NCBI GenBank assembly: GCA_035934355.1
Contig: DASYYA010000141.1
Coordinates: 1-42,506, forward strand
Source: Candidatus Rubrimentiphilum sp.
Lineage (GTDB): Bacteria; Vulcanimicrobiota; Vulcanimicrobiia; Vulcanimicrobiales; Vulcanimicrobiaceae
DNA length: 42,506 nt
Reading direction: 5' to 3'
How positions within the stretch are numbered: the first letter of the stretch is position 1; the number at the start of each line of letters is the position of its first letter. The translations under genes were made by a program, and so were the position numbers. Under the pieces are notes generated by a model. The model was not told the DNA's origin. It saw nothing but the letters and a program-made list of their open reading frames with translations, and did not search any database. This document shows positions 18,967 to 27,832 of this stretch, piece by piece.

Positions 18967-19359
18967 TTAGCTCCCGGCGGCCCATTCGTAGCGGCCATTT
19001 TCTTCGACGAGTCTATCGGACGAATTTTTCTGCAGGTACCAATCCTGGTCGGCGGTCGCGATCGTTCGTGAACTCTCGCCCGCGGATTTAAAAGCCGCGT
19101 TCATTTTCCACCAAACTTTATCTTCAGGCAGCGAGACTTTTACGCGCTCGCCGGCGCCCACCCAAGCCTCAACGGTTATGCGATGGCCGCTCTTGAGAAT
19201 GCTATTGCGCCAAAAGGTGAGCTTTGCGCCCTTGCTCGTACGATTGGTAACCGTGTAATTAAATGCGCAGCAAAAACCTGCACGCGCTGGGATGGTCGTC
19301 GAAAACGTAGCCGCAAAAAAGAGCGCTATTGTTCCAAACGCCAAGAGCCGCTTGATCAT
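18967..19359 (-). CDS. Small secreted hypothetical protein
   Basis: Signal peptide ending PARA; RBS GGAG upstream. Confidence 0.6.
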   Translation of the reverse strand: MIKRLLAFGTIALFFAATFSTTIPARAGFCCAFNYTVTNRTSKGAKLTFWRNSILKSGHRITVEAWVGAGERVKVSLPEDKVWWKMNAAFKSAGESSRTIATADQDWYLQKNSSDRLVEENGRYEWAAGS

Positions 19360-19507
19360 AATGTCTCCGATCTAGCGGTTTCATCATACCATGGCTCAGG
19401 CGCCGCCCCGCTCAGCAGTGGTGTTTCTTCCTTATATATAGGCCGCCTACCGCCGGCACGGCAAACCGGCGGTCGGCAACGCTGGCTCCAGGGTGAGAGG
19501 CTGCGAC

Positions 19508-19948
19508 TTAGCGCAGAGCGGCGAGTCCGTCGACGATCTTGGTCCAGCCGTCCGTGTGATTGTCGCGCGATTCGTCGGTGCGCAGTCCCGCGTGCGTGAG
19601 CACGAGTTCCGTGTCACCGTTAACCTCGTTAAAATCCAGCGTCACCAACGACTCGTACTGATCGGCGGGATTGTCTTCTTCCCAACTCCAGGTAAACGAC
19701 AGGCGTTCGGGCGGGCGCACTTCACGGTATTTACCGAAAACCGGCATCGTGTTTCCGTCGGGCATATGCATCACGATGCGATACGCACCACCGGGACGCA
19801 CGTCCATCTGCGCTATTTCGGCTTTGACTTCGCCGGGGCCTAAAAATGTTGCCGCAATTTTCGGATCGGTCCATGCGTCGAAGACGCGTTGACGCGGCAC
19901 TTTGTAAGTGCGGCGCAAAACGATCGGTGCAACCTCTGTCTTGTTCAT
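19508..19948 (-). CDS. SRPBCC (AHSA1-like) domain protein
   Basis: RVFDAWTDP, DVRPGGAYRI, GKYREVRPPERLSFTW, GWTKIVDGL. Confidence 0.9.
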   Translation of the reverse strand: MNKTEVAPIVLRRTYKVPRQRVFDAWTDPKIAATFLGPGEVKAEIAQMDVRPGGAYRIVMHMPDGNTMPVFGKYREVRPPERLSFTWSWEEDNPADQYESLVTLDFNEVNGDTELVLTHAGLRTDESRDNHTDGWTKIVDGLAALR

Positions 19949-20289
19949 TTCTTCTTCTTTCCGTTCGAAGAGTATTGGAGGGCACGATCGAGACGCTCGA
20001 GCGAAACCATCCAGAAAGTGCGCTGCCGCTCGATCCAACGCGATGCGGTGTGCATGGCCGTCGGCGAAAGCGTGCAACGATGCGTCCGGCCAATCACCTC
20101 GCGCGTCAGCAGACCCGATTCCTCGAGCGCGCGAACGTGTTTGGAGATCCCCGGTTGTGAGATAGGAAAATCGGCCGCGATTTCGCCGACCGTGAGTGGG
20201 CGGCGAGCCAGCCGTTCGATGATTTGACGCCGCGTCGGATCGGCGAGAGCCGAGAAGACCGAATCGAGCATCTGCGAATTATTAACCAT
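19945..20289 (-). CDS. ArsR/SmtB family transcriptional regulator
   Basis: VFSALADPTRRQIIERL, SQPGISKHVRALEESGL. Confidence 0.92.
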   Translation of the reverse strand: MVNNSQMLDSVFSALADPTRRQIIERLARRPLTVGEIAADFPISQPGISKHVRALEESGLLTREVIGRTHRCTLSPTAMHTASRWIERQRTFWMVSLERLDRALQYSSNGKKKK

Positions 20290-20329
20290 ACGGTTATATA
20301 ACTATATGGTTATCAATCGCTTCTGTCAA
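20283..20329 (-). promoter_or_regulatory. Sigma70 promoter with tandem ArsR operator palindromes
   Basis: Minus strand TTGACA (20329-20324), 17 nt, TATAGT (20306-20301). Two TAACCATATGGTTA-like palindromes at 20283-20296 and 20299-20312 cover the -10 and the start codon. Confidence 0.8.
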
Positions 20330-20339
20330 GTCTCCCGTG

Positions 20340-20379
20340 GTCGTTCCGAGGAACGAGGAACCGCGAGGAACGAGCGGCT
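20340..20379 (+). repeat. 40-bp dispersed repeat, copy 1
   Basis: GTCGTTCCGAGGAACGAGGAACCGCGAGGAACGAGCGGCT; 38/40 identical to 25031-25070. Confidence 0.85.
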
Positions 20380-20389
20380 AGAGAACCCC

Positions 20390-20860
20390 ATGACCCACAC
20401 CTTCCATACGACGATGCGCTGGACCGGAAACCTCGGCACCGGCACCAGCGGCTATCGTGCATACGCACGCGATCATGAAATTACCGCACCTTTAAAAGGC
20501 TCGACCATCTTCGGATCGAGCGCCAAAACGTTTCGCGGTGACGAACGGCGTTACAATCCGGAGGAGCTTCTGGTCGCGGCACTCTCGAGCTGCCACATGT
20601 TGGCGTATTTGCATCTATGCGCGGACGGCGGCATTGTGGTGACGGCTTACGAGGACGAAGCCGAGGGATCGATGCGACTGAACCCGGACGGCAGCGGCGA
20701 ATTCACCGACGCCACGTTACATCCGCGCGTCACGCTCGCAGACGAATCGCGCCGCACCGAAGCCGACGCTTTACATCACCGGGCGCACGAGTTGTGCTTC
20801 ATCGCCCGCTCGGTAAAGTTCCCGGTCGCATGTCATCCTGAGCCGCCCTTGTCATCCTGA
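20390..20860 (+). CDS. OsmC/Ohr-like family protein
   Basis: NPEELLVAALSSCHML, AHELCFIARSV. Confidence 0.9.
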   Translation: MTHTFHTTMRWTGNLGTGTSGYRAYARDHEITAPLKGSTIFGSSAKTFRGDERRYNPEELLVAALSSCHMLAYLHLCADGGIVVTAYEDEAEGSMRLNPDGSGEFTDATLHPRVTLADESRRTEADALHHRAHELCFIARSVKFPVACHPEPPLSS

Positions 20861-20890
20861 GGAATCGAAGGACCCTGAGGCATCGAGGGG
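20831..20890 (+). repeat. REP-like TGTCATCCTGAG...TCGAAGG repeat cluster
   Basis: TGTCATCCTGAG at 20831 and 20850; CCTGAGG(A/C)ATCGA(A/G)GG at 20856 and 20874. Confidence 0.7.
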
Positions 20891-20906
20891 TTAAGAGCGT
20901 CACGCA

Positions 20907-22652
20907 ATGTGTTTCTTGCACGCAGCCTTAGGACCAATCACGCGCGGGGAAGCTGTAATCGGCTTGGCTGCGCTTAGCGCGCTGCCGGTCATGCCATCGC
21001 TAAGTCCACAGCCCTCACCAAAAGCCGAAAATAACGGACGCGAGTTTACTGCGATCGTAGGCTCGACCGCGCTCATCGGCGACGATTTGACGCCGCTGCA
21101 CGATGCGACGATCCTATTGCACAAGAACCGCATCGAAACCATCGGCCCGCAGGCGAAAGTTGAGATACCGACCTCCGCATATCGCGTTAATGCGCGCGGC
21201 ATGTTCACGATCCCCGGCCTCATCGACAGTCACGTGCACTTCTTTCAGTCGGGTGGACTCTATACACGCCCCGACGCCATCGATCTGCGCGCCGTTCGTC
21301 CATACACCGACGAACTGCAATGGATAAAAGAAAACCTTAACGACACGTTCGCCCGCTATTTGCGCGCGGGAATCACCTCGGTCGTCGACGTCGGCGGGCC
21401 ATTCTGGAACTACGACGTCCGCGCGCAAGCTGCCAGAACGCTTCTTGCTCCGCGCGTGATGGCCGCGGGACCGCTCATCTCCAGCGTCGAGCGTGAGATT
21501 CTCGATCCGTACAACGATCCGCCGATCGTCAAAATCGATACCGTCGAAGCCGCCCGCGCGCTGATCTATCGCGAGATCGCGGCGCACACCGATTACGTGA
21601 AGTTTTGGTGGGTGCTCTCGCCGGACCGTCCTGCCGCGGCGTTTCAGCCGATTGCAGCCGCTGCCATCGAGTACGCACATGCCAACGGAGCGCGCGTGAT
21701 CGTACACGCGACCGAACTGGAAACGGCCCGGTTGGCAGTCGAGTCAGGCACCGACATTCTGGCCCACAGCGTTTTTGATACCAATGTGGACGAGCAATTT
21801 CTCGATCTCGTGAAATCGCGCAACGTTATCTACTGTCCGACGTTGATCGTCGTCGGAAACTATGGTTACACCTTTCATCAGAAACCAAATCTGTCGAGCG
21901 TCGATCTTCGCGTCGCAAATCCGGATGTCGTCGCTACCCTCTTTCAAATGCAAGATGTGCAAAACGCACTCCCGCTAAAAACGTTGGATGCGATTCGGGC
22001 GCGCCGCGAACCCGAGCCGCCGCATGCCGCCATGCGTAACCTCAAGCGCGTCCACGAAGCCGGAATTCGAATTGCCGCCGGCACCGATGCCGGGAACATC
22101 GGCACGCAGCACGCGTCCTCGTTTTACGACGAAGCGTTGACGATGGTGGCCTCGGGCCTCTCCTCGCGCGAGGTTCTGCTCACGGCGACGCGCGGTGGGG
22201 CGGCCATGATGGGGCGCGAGCGCGATCTCGGCACGCTGGCGACCGGCAAGCTCGCCGATCTGGTTGTCCTCAAGGAGAATCCGCTTGAAAACATTCGCGC
22301 GATCGCTTCGGTTGCGCACGTGATCAAAGATGGACATGTCCTTAACACAAACGCAATCGTCCGCGAATCACCGGCGCAGATCGTGCAGCGGCGTAACAAC
22401 GCCTATAACTTCCACGACGTTGCAGTGCTCGCCGAAGCATACGCAGGCGCCGGAATGGCGCAAACGTACGCCAAGTTATTCCAACAATACCCGCAGCTGC
22501 ACGTCGAGACGACGTCACGCGAAACAAATGGCAACGTCGTCGTGGAACACCAGCGCGTCAGCGGCTACGACGATGGTAAAACGCGCGAAATAACGACGAC
22601 GTACGAGGTTACGAACGGCTTGATTTCACGCGAAACTTCACCATTCGCGTAA
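20907..22652 (+). CDS. Metal-dependent amidohydrolase with a C-terminal NTF2/SnoaL-like domain
   Basis: IPGLIDSHVH, IVHATE, LAHSV, AGTDAG, GKLADLVVL; tail AQIVQRRNNAYNFHD...GNVVVEHQRV. Confidence 0.85.
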   Translation: MCFLHAALGPITRGEAVIGLAALSALPVMPSLSPQPSPKAENNGREFTAIVGSTALIGDDLTPLHDATILLHKNRIETIGPQAKVEIPTSAYRVNARGMFTIPGLIDSHVHFFQSGGLYTRPDAIDLRAVRPYTDELQWIKENLNDTFARYLRAGITSVVDVGGPFWNYDVRAQAARTLLAPRVMAAGPLISSVEREILDPYNDPPIVKIDTVEAARALIYREIAAHTDYVKFWWVLSPDRPAAAFQPIAAAAIEYAHANGARVIVHATELETARLAVESGTDILAHSVFDTNVDEQFLDLVKSRNVIYCPTLIVVGNYGYTFHQKPNLSSVDLRVANPDVVATLFQMQDVQNALPLKTLDAIRARREPEPPHAAMRNLKRVHEAGIRIAAGTDAGNIGTQHASSFYDEALTMVASGLSSREVLLTATRGGAAMMGRERDLGTLATGKLADLVVLKENPLENIRAIASVAHVIKDGHVLNTNAIVRESPAQIVQRRNNAYNFHDVAVLAEAYAGAGMAQTYAKLFQQYPQLHVETTSRETNGNVVVEHQRVSGYDDGKTREITTTYEVTNGLISRETSPFA

Positions 22653-22962
22653 TCAGCCCGAGCGGAAGCGGTTCATCCAACGGAAACTGCACGGAGCCTT
22701 TAGCGTACTTGTAGTCCGCAAGCTCGTTCTTGAATTTTCGGATTCCCGAAGCGCCCGGATAAAACCCGATATGGTTCTTCTGCGCCGCGAACCAAACGAG
22801 GATTCCGTCCTGGCGAAACGCCGGGATGCCGTAGCTAATCGTCTCCGTCGCATTAGGCGCTGCAGCCCGAATGGTTTGTCGAACCTTACGCAAGAGCTGT
22901 TGCACGTCTTTTGGAAAGCGCGCCGCATAGTCGTTAAAATCTTTCGCAGCTGATTTTGGCAT
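22609..22962 (-). CDS. DUF1801/YdhG family protein
   Basis: TIRAAAPNATETISYGIPAF, HIGFYP, KGSVQFPLDEPLP. Confidence 0.88.
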   Translation of the reverse strand: MPKSAAKDFNDYAARFPKDVQQLLRKVRQTIRAAAPNATETISYGIPAFRQDGILVWFAAQKNHIGFYPGASGIRKFKNELADYKYAKGSVQFPLDEPLPLGLITRMVKFRVKSSRS

Positions 22963-22993
22963 AGCCAAGGTTTCGGCACGTTCACGCATATAT

Positions 22994-24226
22994 CTAGCGA
23001 GTCTCCGAGCGGATCGCGGGTGAAAGAAAGGCGCTAATGGCAACCGCCAAATAGCCGAAGCCTGAGATCGCCATCGCTACGCGCGCGTCCGTATGATCCG
23101 CGACGTACCCGAACACAATCACCGCCGGCGTAATACCGCTGAGGACAAAAAGCCGCACCGCACCGAAGACGCGCCCGACATAGGCTTCCGGCGTGACGCG
23201 CAAACGAAATCCGATGATTTGCGCGATCTCAAATTGTGCCAGCGCGTTGGTCAGCGCCCAAAAGATGCCGGCAACCCACATATTGCGCGCAAAGATGACC
23301 GGCAAAAAGATCAATCCATCCATTAAATATGCAATCGTGATCGCGCGCCCGAATGGCCACCGCGTAGCAAATTTTCCGGCAGCTAAAGAACCGCAAATCG
23401 CACCCGCGGCCGAGATGCCAAAGAATATCCCAACCTCGTGATCGTGCGCGCCGAAATCGCGCTTCAGAAACGGAACGAGGACGGCATAGGCGCCGAAGCC
23501 CAGCATGTTGCCCGCGAATGCAATAATTGCTTGCGCGCGCATGCCGCGGTCGCTAAAGAGCAACCGAAAGCCGGTTTTCACGTCGCTCACGATTTCGCGG
23601 CGCCGCGGCAGGCTTGAGGTTTGCTCCGGTCCGAGCGACCGAATCTGCCACAGCGAGATCAGCGAGCACAAATACCCCGTCGCCGTAATCAGCAATGCGG
23701 GCAACGCGCCAAAGATCGCAAAGAGCGCGCCGCCGATCATCGGCGTGATCAGATTTGCGAAATTCTCCGCGCCGCTTAAAGCGGCAATCGCTTCGGTGCC
23801 GCGATCCTTTCCGATTAAAAACGCAATGCTTGGCGTCTGGCCGCCCATGAAGACCGCCGCCGCCAGCGACACGATCACCAACCCGCCGTACACTTCAGGC
23901 ACAACGAGGATATGCAAGGCATACAGCGCGGCAAATGCGAGCATCACCGCGCAGCGCAAAGCATCGGCACCGAGCATCAGCGTCCGGCGATTCAAACGGT
24001 CGGCGAGTGAACCCGCGACCAAACTAAAGAGCGCAAACGGCGCTAGTTCACACACGTACGAGACGCCGGTCGAGAGCGCGGAATGCGTAATCCCAAATAC
24101 CAGCAACGGAATCGCGAGCAAACGGAAACCGTCACCGAGCAAACTCAGCGTTTGGCCGATGAAATACCGGCGAAAACTTCGAGAGGAAAAGATGCTGCGC
24201 CGAAAAGGCGCGGCTGCGGCTGACAT
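22994..24226 (-). CDS. MFS transporter (H+ antiporter-like)
   Basis: GSLADRLNRRTLM, TPEAYVGRV, 12 TM. Confidence 0.88.
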   Translation of the reverse strand: MSAAAAPFRRSIFSSRSFRRYFIGQTLSLLGDGFRLLAIPLLVFGITHSALSTGVSYVCELAPFALFSLVAGSLADRLNRRTLMLGADALRCAVMLAFAALYALHILVVPEVYGGLVIVSLAAAVFMGGQTPSIAFLIGKDRGTEAIAALSGAENFANLITPMIGGALFAIFGALPALLITATGYLCSLISLWQIRSLGPEQTSSLPRRREIVSDVKTGFRLLFSDRGMRAQAIIAFAGNMLGFGAYAVLVPFLKRDFGAHDHEVGIFFGISAAGAICGSLAAGKFATRWPFGRAITIAYLMDGLIFLPVIFARNMWVAGIFWALTNALAQFEIAQIIGFRLRVTPEAYVGRVFGAVRLFVLSGITPAVIVFGYVADHTDARVAMAISGFGYLAVAISAFLSPAIRSETR

Positions 24227-24377
24227 GCGACAATAACCTCCAACGGTGGGGTGGCGAAAAAGCGAGGTCTTGTCGCTAGCGCATAACGGGTGGAATTCTA
24301 CAGGATTTCGCTCGTTTTGACAATCCCTACGCTAATCGCGGGAGTACCCCGCGTGCTGCTTGGCGAAATATTTTGCA

Positions 24378-24617
24378 ATGGGCAAGACGTTTGAAGAGCG
24401 ATCGAAAGAACGTCGAGCAACGATGACCGCGCGCGTGGCTCGCTCCAAGCAAGAGATAATTGCCCTGGAACACGAGCGCGAAAATGCCCTGTTGCCGTTC
24501 GAACGCGCGCAGGCCATTTGGAGCATTGTCCGAGACCTTACGGTCGCACGAGGAAGCGATGGATCTGAACTCCGACTTGATCGATCTCTTGCGCGCCTTG
24601 AACGCAGAGGGCGCTAA
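24378..24617 (+). CDS. Small helical protein, probable partner of the downstream nucleotidyltransferase
   Basis: ORF overlapping the next gene; PFERAQAIWSI...RLDRS pattern. Confidence 0.55.
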   Translation: MGKTFEERSKERRATMTARVARSKQEIIALEHERENALLPFERAQAIWSIVRDLTVARGSDGSELRLDRSLARLERRGR

Positions 24618-25008
24618 ATATCTCATCGTCGGCGGTTACGCCTTCGCGGTGCATGGGAAGATCCGCGCGACAAAAGACACGGATATCTTCGTTGGAACCG
24701 ATCCGGAGAACGCATCGCGAGTTTGGAAAGCCTTGAGTGCATTCGGCGCTCCATTGGATGAACTGCACGTCCAGGATTTGGCCCGGCCGGGGACATTTTT
24801 TATTATGGGACGCGCGCCGAATCAAATCGACATCATTACGACAATCGATGGAGTGACGTTCGACCGGGCATGGAGCAATCGGTTCGCGTCAACCTACGGC
24901 GGCGTTGAAGTAAACTATATCGGAAAGGCGGACCTTATCGCGAACAAGGAAGCCGCCGGAAGGCCCCAGGATCGCATCGACGTCGAATACCTGCGAAATT
25001 CGCGCTAG
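24559..25008 (+). CDS. Nucleotidyltransferase (DUF6036-like)
   Basis: YLIVGGYAFAVHG.IRATKDTDIF, IDII, DLIANKEAAGRPQDRIDVEYL. Confidence 0.85.
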   Translation: MDLNSDLIDLLRALNAEGAKYLIVGGYAFAVHGKIRATKDTDIFVGTDPENASRVWKALSAFGAPLDELHVQDLARPGTFFIMGRAPNQIDIITTIDGVTFDRAWSNRFASTYGGVEVNYIGKADLIANKEAAGRPQDRIDVEYLRNSR

Positions 25009-25030
25009 TTGACGCGGGATCCGCCGGCGT

Positions 25031-25070
25031 GTCATTCCGAGGAACGAGGAACCGCGAGGCACGAGCGGCT
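25031..25070 (+). repeat. 40-bp dispersed repeat, copy 2
   Basis: GTCATTCCGAGGAACGAGGAACCGCGAGGCACGAGCGGCT; 38/40 identical to 20340-20379. Confidence 0.85.
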
Positions 25071-25209
25071 GTGATACTGGGCACTAAACAGTGAATGACA
25101 AAGGCACAACACGACGACGGCGAATGTAACGGTATGACGCGGTAGCCACGCGCAACTTCGTCATCCGCAGAACCGAAACGAGCCTTTCCGACTTAGTTGA
25201 TGAAGGCGC

Positions 25210-25249
25210 TGGACGCGAGTCGCATTTGAGACTATAATAGTCTCAAATG
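25210..25249 (+). promoter_or_regulatory. Promoter with a perfect palindromic operator for the TA operon
   Basis: TGGACG, 17 nt, TATAAT (25233-25238). CATTTGAGACTAT-A-ATAGTCTCAAATG (25223-25249) is a 13-bp perfect inverted repeat ending in the start ATG. Confidence 0.8.
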
Positions 25250-25684
25250 ATAAATGCGCCTACGGCGCTGCGTCTTCTCGGGCAGCGCGTACCCAGCAAA
25301 AGCAAGTCAGCCGAGCGCGCTGCTGAGGAGCTCGTGCGCAAAGGGCTGCCGGCGCGTGTGATCGATCGTCTGGCCGACGCGTTCGGCGCCCCGGCGTCGG
25401 AGATTCTCACGTTGATTGGGCTGTCACGCGCGACGGGATATCGTAAGAAAGCCAAGGGTGCGCAAGCACTGCGCGCCGCACAATCGGACCGCGCATTTCG
25501 GCTGGCCCGTGTCTTTACGCTGGCGCAGTCGGTGTTCGAAGATGACCAAAATACGCGCGAATGGTTTCGCGAACCAAATCGTGCATTGAGCGGTGAGCGT
25601 CCGCTAGATCTTCTCGATACGGAAACCGGGACCGCGCGCGTGATTCGCGTGCTCAATCAACTCGAGCACGGCGTGTATTCGTGA
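25247..25684 (+). CDS. Xre/MbcA/ParS-type antitoxin
   Basis: VRKGLP, LSRATGYRK, SDRAFRLARV, WFREPNRALSGERPLDLLDTETG, LEHGVYS. Confidence 0.9.
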   Translation: MINAPTALRLLGQRVPSKSKSAERAAEELVRKGLPARVIDRLADAFGAPASEILTLIGLSRATGYRKKAKGAQALRAAQSDRAFRLARVFTLAQSVFEDDQNTREWFREPNRALSGERPLDLLDTETGTARVIRVLNQLEHGVYS

Positions 25685-26157
25685 TCGCCTGGCGCATCAC
25701 CAAACGAAAATACGCCACGCGCCGAGCCGTCCTGAGTGGCAGCGGCGCGCGAGAAACCGGAGGCCGGTGGAACGAACCCGGCCTTCCTCTTATCTACGCC
25801 TCGGAGAACGCATCGCTGGCGCTGCTGGAAACGCTGGTACAAACATCCGTCCAGCGGCTGCCGAAAAATCTGGTGATCGTGCAAATAACGATCCCGGAAA
25901 ACGCGGAGAGCGAGGCGATAAGTGTCGACGCTCTGCCCGCAGACTGGAAATCCATCGGGAATCCTAAATGCGTAGCGCTCGGTTCCGCGTGGCAGCAAGC
26001 GAAGCGAACATTATTTTTGCGTGTCCCATCGGCGGTCAACCCACTCGAATCGAATCTTTTGCTCAACCCATTGCATGCGGGAATTCGTGGGTGCCGCGTT
26101 GCAAAGGCAATCCGGCTGCACTTCGATCCGCGGCTGTTATCGTTACTTGGAGGGTGA
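25681..26157 (+). CDS. RES-domain toxin (NAD+ phosphorylase family)
   Basis: AWRI, SGSGA...GGRWN, YASENASLALLE, LRVPSAV, NLLLNP; 4-nt overlap with the antitoxin. Confidence 0.9.
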   Translation: MIAWRITKRKYATRRAVLSGSGARETGGRWNEPGLPLIYASENASLALLETLVQTSVQRLPKNLVIVQITIPENAESEAISVDALPADWKSIGNPKCVALGSAWQQAKRTLFLRVPSAVNPLESNLLLNPLHAGIRGCRVAKAIRLHFDPRLLSLLGG

Positions 26158-27027
26158 ATGGATCTGAAATATCGCGTCGTCGATGTCTTTACGCAAAATG
26201 CGCTCGAAGGCAATGGCCTGGCGGTTTTTTTGGACGGGCGCGAGCTCGACGATTCCACGATGCAGCGCATCGCGCGCGAGATGAACCAATCCGAGACGGT
26301 CTTCTTCTTGCCGCCAACGCTCCCAGACTGTGTGGCGCGGTTACGCATCTTCACGCCGTTTTCGGAGATGGCATTTGCCGGGCACCCGACCGTTGGCGCG
26401 AGTTACATCGCGCGTGCAGTCCGCATGGTTCCGAAGAGTCCGCCGAAATTCTCGCTGCAAGAGAACGTCGGCGCCGTGCCGATCCGCGCAGATAAGGATG
26501 GCTCGCTGTGGCTCACGACGCCGCGAATCGGCAAAAGCAAGACCTTTCCGCACTCGCTCTGCGCCCGCGCGTTGGGCCTGAACGAAGACGATCTTCCGAC
26601 CGAATCGCCCTGCCAGGTCTATTCGGCCGGTAATCCATTTCTGTTTGTGGCGGTGGGCGAGAAAAAGGTTGTCGATCGGGCATCGCCGGAGCCCGTGTCT
26701 ATCGCACTCCTGAGCGGTGATGCCAGCTTCACCGGTATTTTTGTTTTTGCACCAACGCGTGAGGGCGCGTATTCGCGAATGTTCGCCCCCGAACAAGGTA
26801 TTTGGGAAGATCCCGCAACCGGCAGCGCGACCGGGCCGCTTGCCGCATTCATGATGGACAATCGCCTCGTAGCCCACGCTGACGGCACGCGCTTTGTCAG
26901 CGAACAAGGGACCAAGATGGGCCGCCGTAGCCTCTTACATGTGCTCATCCATGGCGATTATGGCAAGGATGGGATCGAAGTCGGCGGCTTTGTGGTACCG
27001 GTGGCGACCGGAACGCTGCGCCTGTAA
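26158..27027 (+). CDS. PhzF-family isomerase/epimerase
   Basis: VDVFT...GNGLAV, MNQSETVF, FAGHPTVG, EDPATGSA, EQGTKMGRRS. Confidence 0.92.
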   Translation: MDLKYRVVDVFTQNALEGNGLAVFLDGRELDDSTMQRIAREMNQSETVFFLPPTLPDCVARLRIFTPFSEMAFAGHPTVGASYIARAVRMVPKSPPKFSLQENVGAVPIRADKDGSLWLTTPRIGKSKTFPHSLCARALGLNEDDLPTESPCQVYSAGNPFLFVAVGEKKVVDRASPEPVSIALLSGDASFTGIFVFAPTREGAYSRMFAPEQGIWEDPATGSATGPLAAFMMDNRLVAHADGTRFVSEQGTKMGRRSLLHVLIHGDYGKDGIEVGGFVVPVATGTLRL

Positions 27028-27038
27028 CGTATCGCGAA

Positions 27039-27626
27039 ATGGCGTGGCCACAACCCGTGACGCTGCGCGGCAAGCACGTGATCATCGAGCCGCTGGCATT
27101 CATGCATTACGACGATTTAGTTGCGGCCGTTCGCGACGGCGAGCTCTGGAAGCTCTGGTACACCAACATCCCGGAGCCGTCGCAAATGCGCGCGGAGATC
27201 GAACGTCGTCTACGCCTGCAAGAAATCGGCTCGATGCTGCCCTTTGCCGTTATTGAGGAGACGACCGGAAAAGCCGTCGGCATGACCACCTACATGAACA
27301 TCGATGCGGAGAGCCGGCGCTTAGAAATCGGTTCGACCTGGTATCGCAAGAGCGTGCAGCGCACCGCGCTCAACACTGAGTGTAAACTCCTTCTGCTGAC
27401 GCATGCCTTTGATACGCTCGACTGTATCGCGGTCGAATTTCGCACCTCATCGTTTAACGTGCAAAGCCGCACTGCAATCGAACGCCTGGGCGCAAAATTC
27501 GACGGCATCCTGCGCAGTCACGGGCACCATAAAGACGGAAGCCTGCGCGATACCTACGTCTACAGCATTATTGCATCGGAATGGCCCGCCGTCCGAGCCA
27601 AGCTCACGCACCGCCTCGGCGATTAA
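27039..27626 (+). CDS. GNAT acetyltransferase (RimJ/RimL-like)
   Basis: LEIGSTWY, NTECKLLLLTHAF, SRTAIERLGAKFDGILR. Confidence 0.9.
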   Translation: MAWPQPVTLRGKHVIIEPLAFMHYDDLVAAVRDGELWKLWYTNIPEPSQMRAEIERRLRLQEIGSMLPFAVIEETTGKAVGMTTYMNIDAESRRLEIGSTWYRKSVQRTALNTECKLLLLTHAFDTLDCIAVEFRTSSFNVQSRTAIERLGAKFDGILRSHGHHKDGSLRDTYVYSIIASEWPAVRAKLTHRLGD

Positions 27627-27765
27627 CGAGATCACCGCCGCAGTTCGGGCAGCGCATTTGTAACGCTTGAGCGCAGTCCGGACAGAATGTACATTCGTAC
27701 GAACAGGCGAGCGCCTGGGCGTCAGCCGGCAGTGAACGGCCGCAACGTTCGCATGAATCCTCCAT
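27604..27765 (-). CDS. DUF1272 family Cys-rich protein
   Basis: CERC...CSYECTFCPDC...CPNCGGDLV. Confidence 0.8.
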   Translation of the reverse strand: MEDSCERCGRSLPADAQALACSYECTFCPDCAQALQMRCPNCGGDLVNRRGGA

Positions 27766-27832
27766 CGCACTAGCGCTTCCGCTCCGATTTTCGATCGCCT
27801 TTAGCGCGGCGAAAATTGGGAATGAGCTGCCC

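Noticed and set aside
20340-20379. GAGGAAC periodic repeats as a CRISPR array
   Set aside because: No unique spacers of regular length, only two dispersed copies, and no cas genes.
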